This document shows, piece after piece, positions 63,981 through 64,000 of a DNA stretch of 64,000 nucleotides (position 1 is its first letter; each line of letters opens with the position of its first letter). The position numbers and the translations under genes are program-made. Source of the DNA: Minisyncoccota bacterium (lineage in GTDB: Bacteria; Patescibacteriota; Minisyncoccia; Phycocordibacterales; JAQTLZ01); assembly GCA_028711065.1 (NCBI GenBank), contig JAQTSY010000005.1, positions 7,656 to 71,655 on the forward strand. Reading direction: 5' to 3'. The notes beneath the pieces are model-generated. The model did no database searches and was not told the DNA's origin. It worked only from the letters and a program-made list of their open reading frames with translations.

Positions 63981-64000
63981 GATGACAAAAATATCAGATG

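Overview
This is a 64-kb, AT-rich window (roughly 40% GC by eye) with very dense coding: about 85 genes, many short, many with 1-4 nt gaps or overlapping stop/start codons. No rRNA and no CRISPR array were seen. The gene content fits a small-genome, fermentative bacterium with many secreted or surface proteins; a CPR/Patescibacteria-like affiliation is my inference and is not proven.

Recognisable blocks, in order:
- Sugar catabolism: ROK glucokinase, archaeal-type bifunctional PGI/PMI, short-form 6-phosphogluconate dehydrogenase, GH1 beta-glucosidase and a TIM-barrel glycoside hydrolase.
- A glycogen cluster: GH13 alpha-glucosidase, GH57 and GlgA.
- Housekeeping: TsaC/YrdC, archaeal-type UMP kinase, TrhO, PyrG, FtsE/FtsX and RF2 (prfB).
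- An ECF sigma / anti-sigma pair followed by a MacAB-like efflux pump (HlyD adaptor, ABC ATPase, FtsX-type permease).
- A redox-flavoured stretch: Bcp peroxiredoxin, cytochrome b5-like, three DoxX proteins, two DUF1059 paralogues, ApbE, two VOC/glyoxalase proteins, an FAD oxidoreductase.
- Five tRNA genes in three loci: Gln-CTG; Thr-CGT plus Thr-GGT; Met-CAT plus Asp-GTC. The tRNA-Thr(GGT) is interrupted in its anticodon loop by a roughly 193-nt group I-like intron.

The most unusual things I found:
1. A conserved structured repeat module of about 75 nt, present once downstream of the tRNA-Gln locus and once downstream of the tRNA-Met/Asp locus. The two copies differ by compensatory changes in a central hairpin. 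Each copy is flanked by antisense copies of the T-arm of its own neighbouring tRNA. The tRNA-Gln locus also carries partial tRNA copies that look like integration scars.
2. A tight 4-gene operon encoding BshA, a BshB-like deacetylase, a half-size BshC-like protein and a PRTase. This looks like a bacillithiol-like thiol pathway.
3. Four consecutive phosphoanhydride hydrolases: Ppx/GppA, NUDIX, CYTH and HD.
4. A TrpR/YerC-like regulator gene bracketed by two copies of an identical 26-bp perfect palindrome.
5. A 165-bp MITE-like palindrome filling the intergenic space upstream of a VirD4/TraG-like P-loop ATPase. That ATPase sits with a coiled-coil protein, a Clp/Hsp100-like AAA+ protein whose first AAA domain has a degenerate Walker B motif, and a 600-aa hyper-acidic E/K-repeat protein with a roughly 240-nt structured leader.
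6. GC-rich, probably horizontally acquired islets: a methyltransferase, a histidine phosphatase, and a small AT-hook ORF beside tRNA-Gln.
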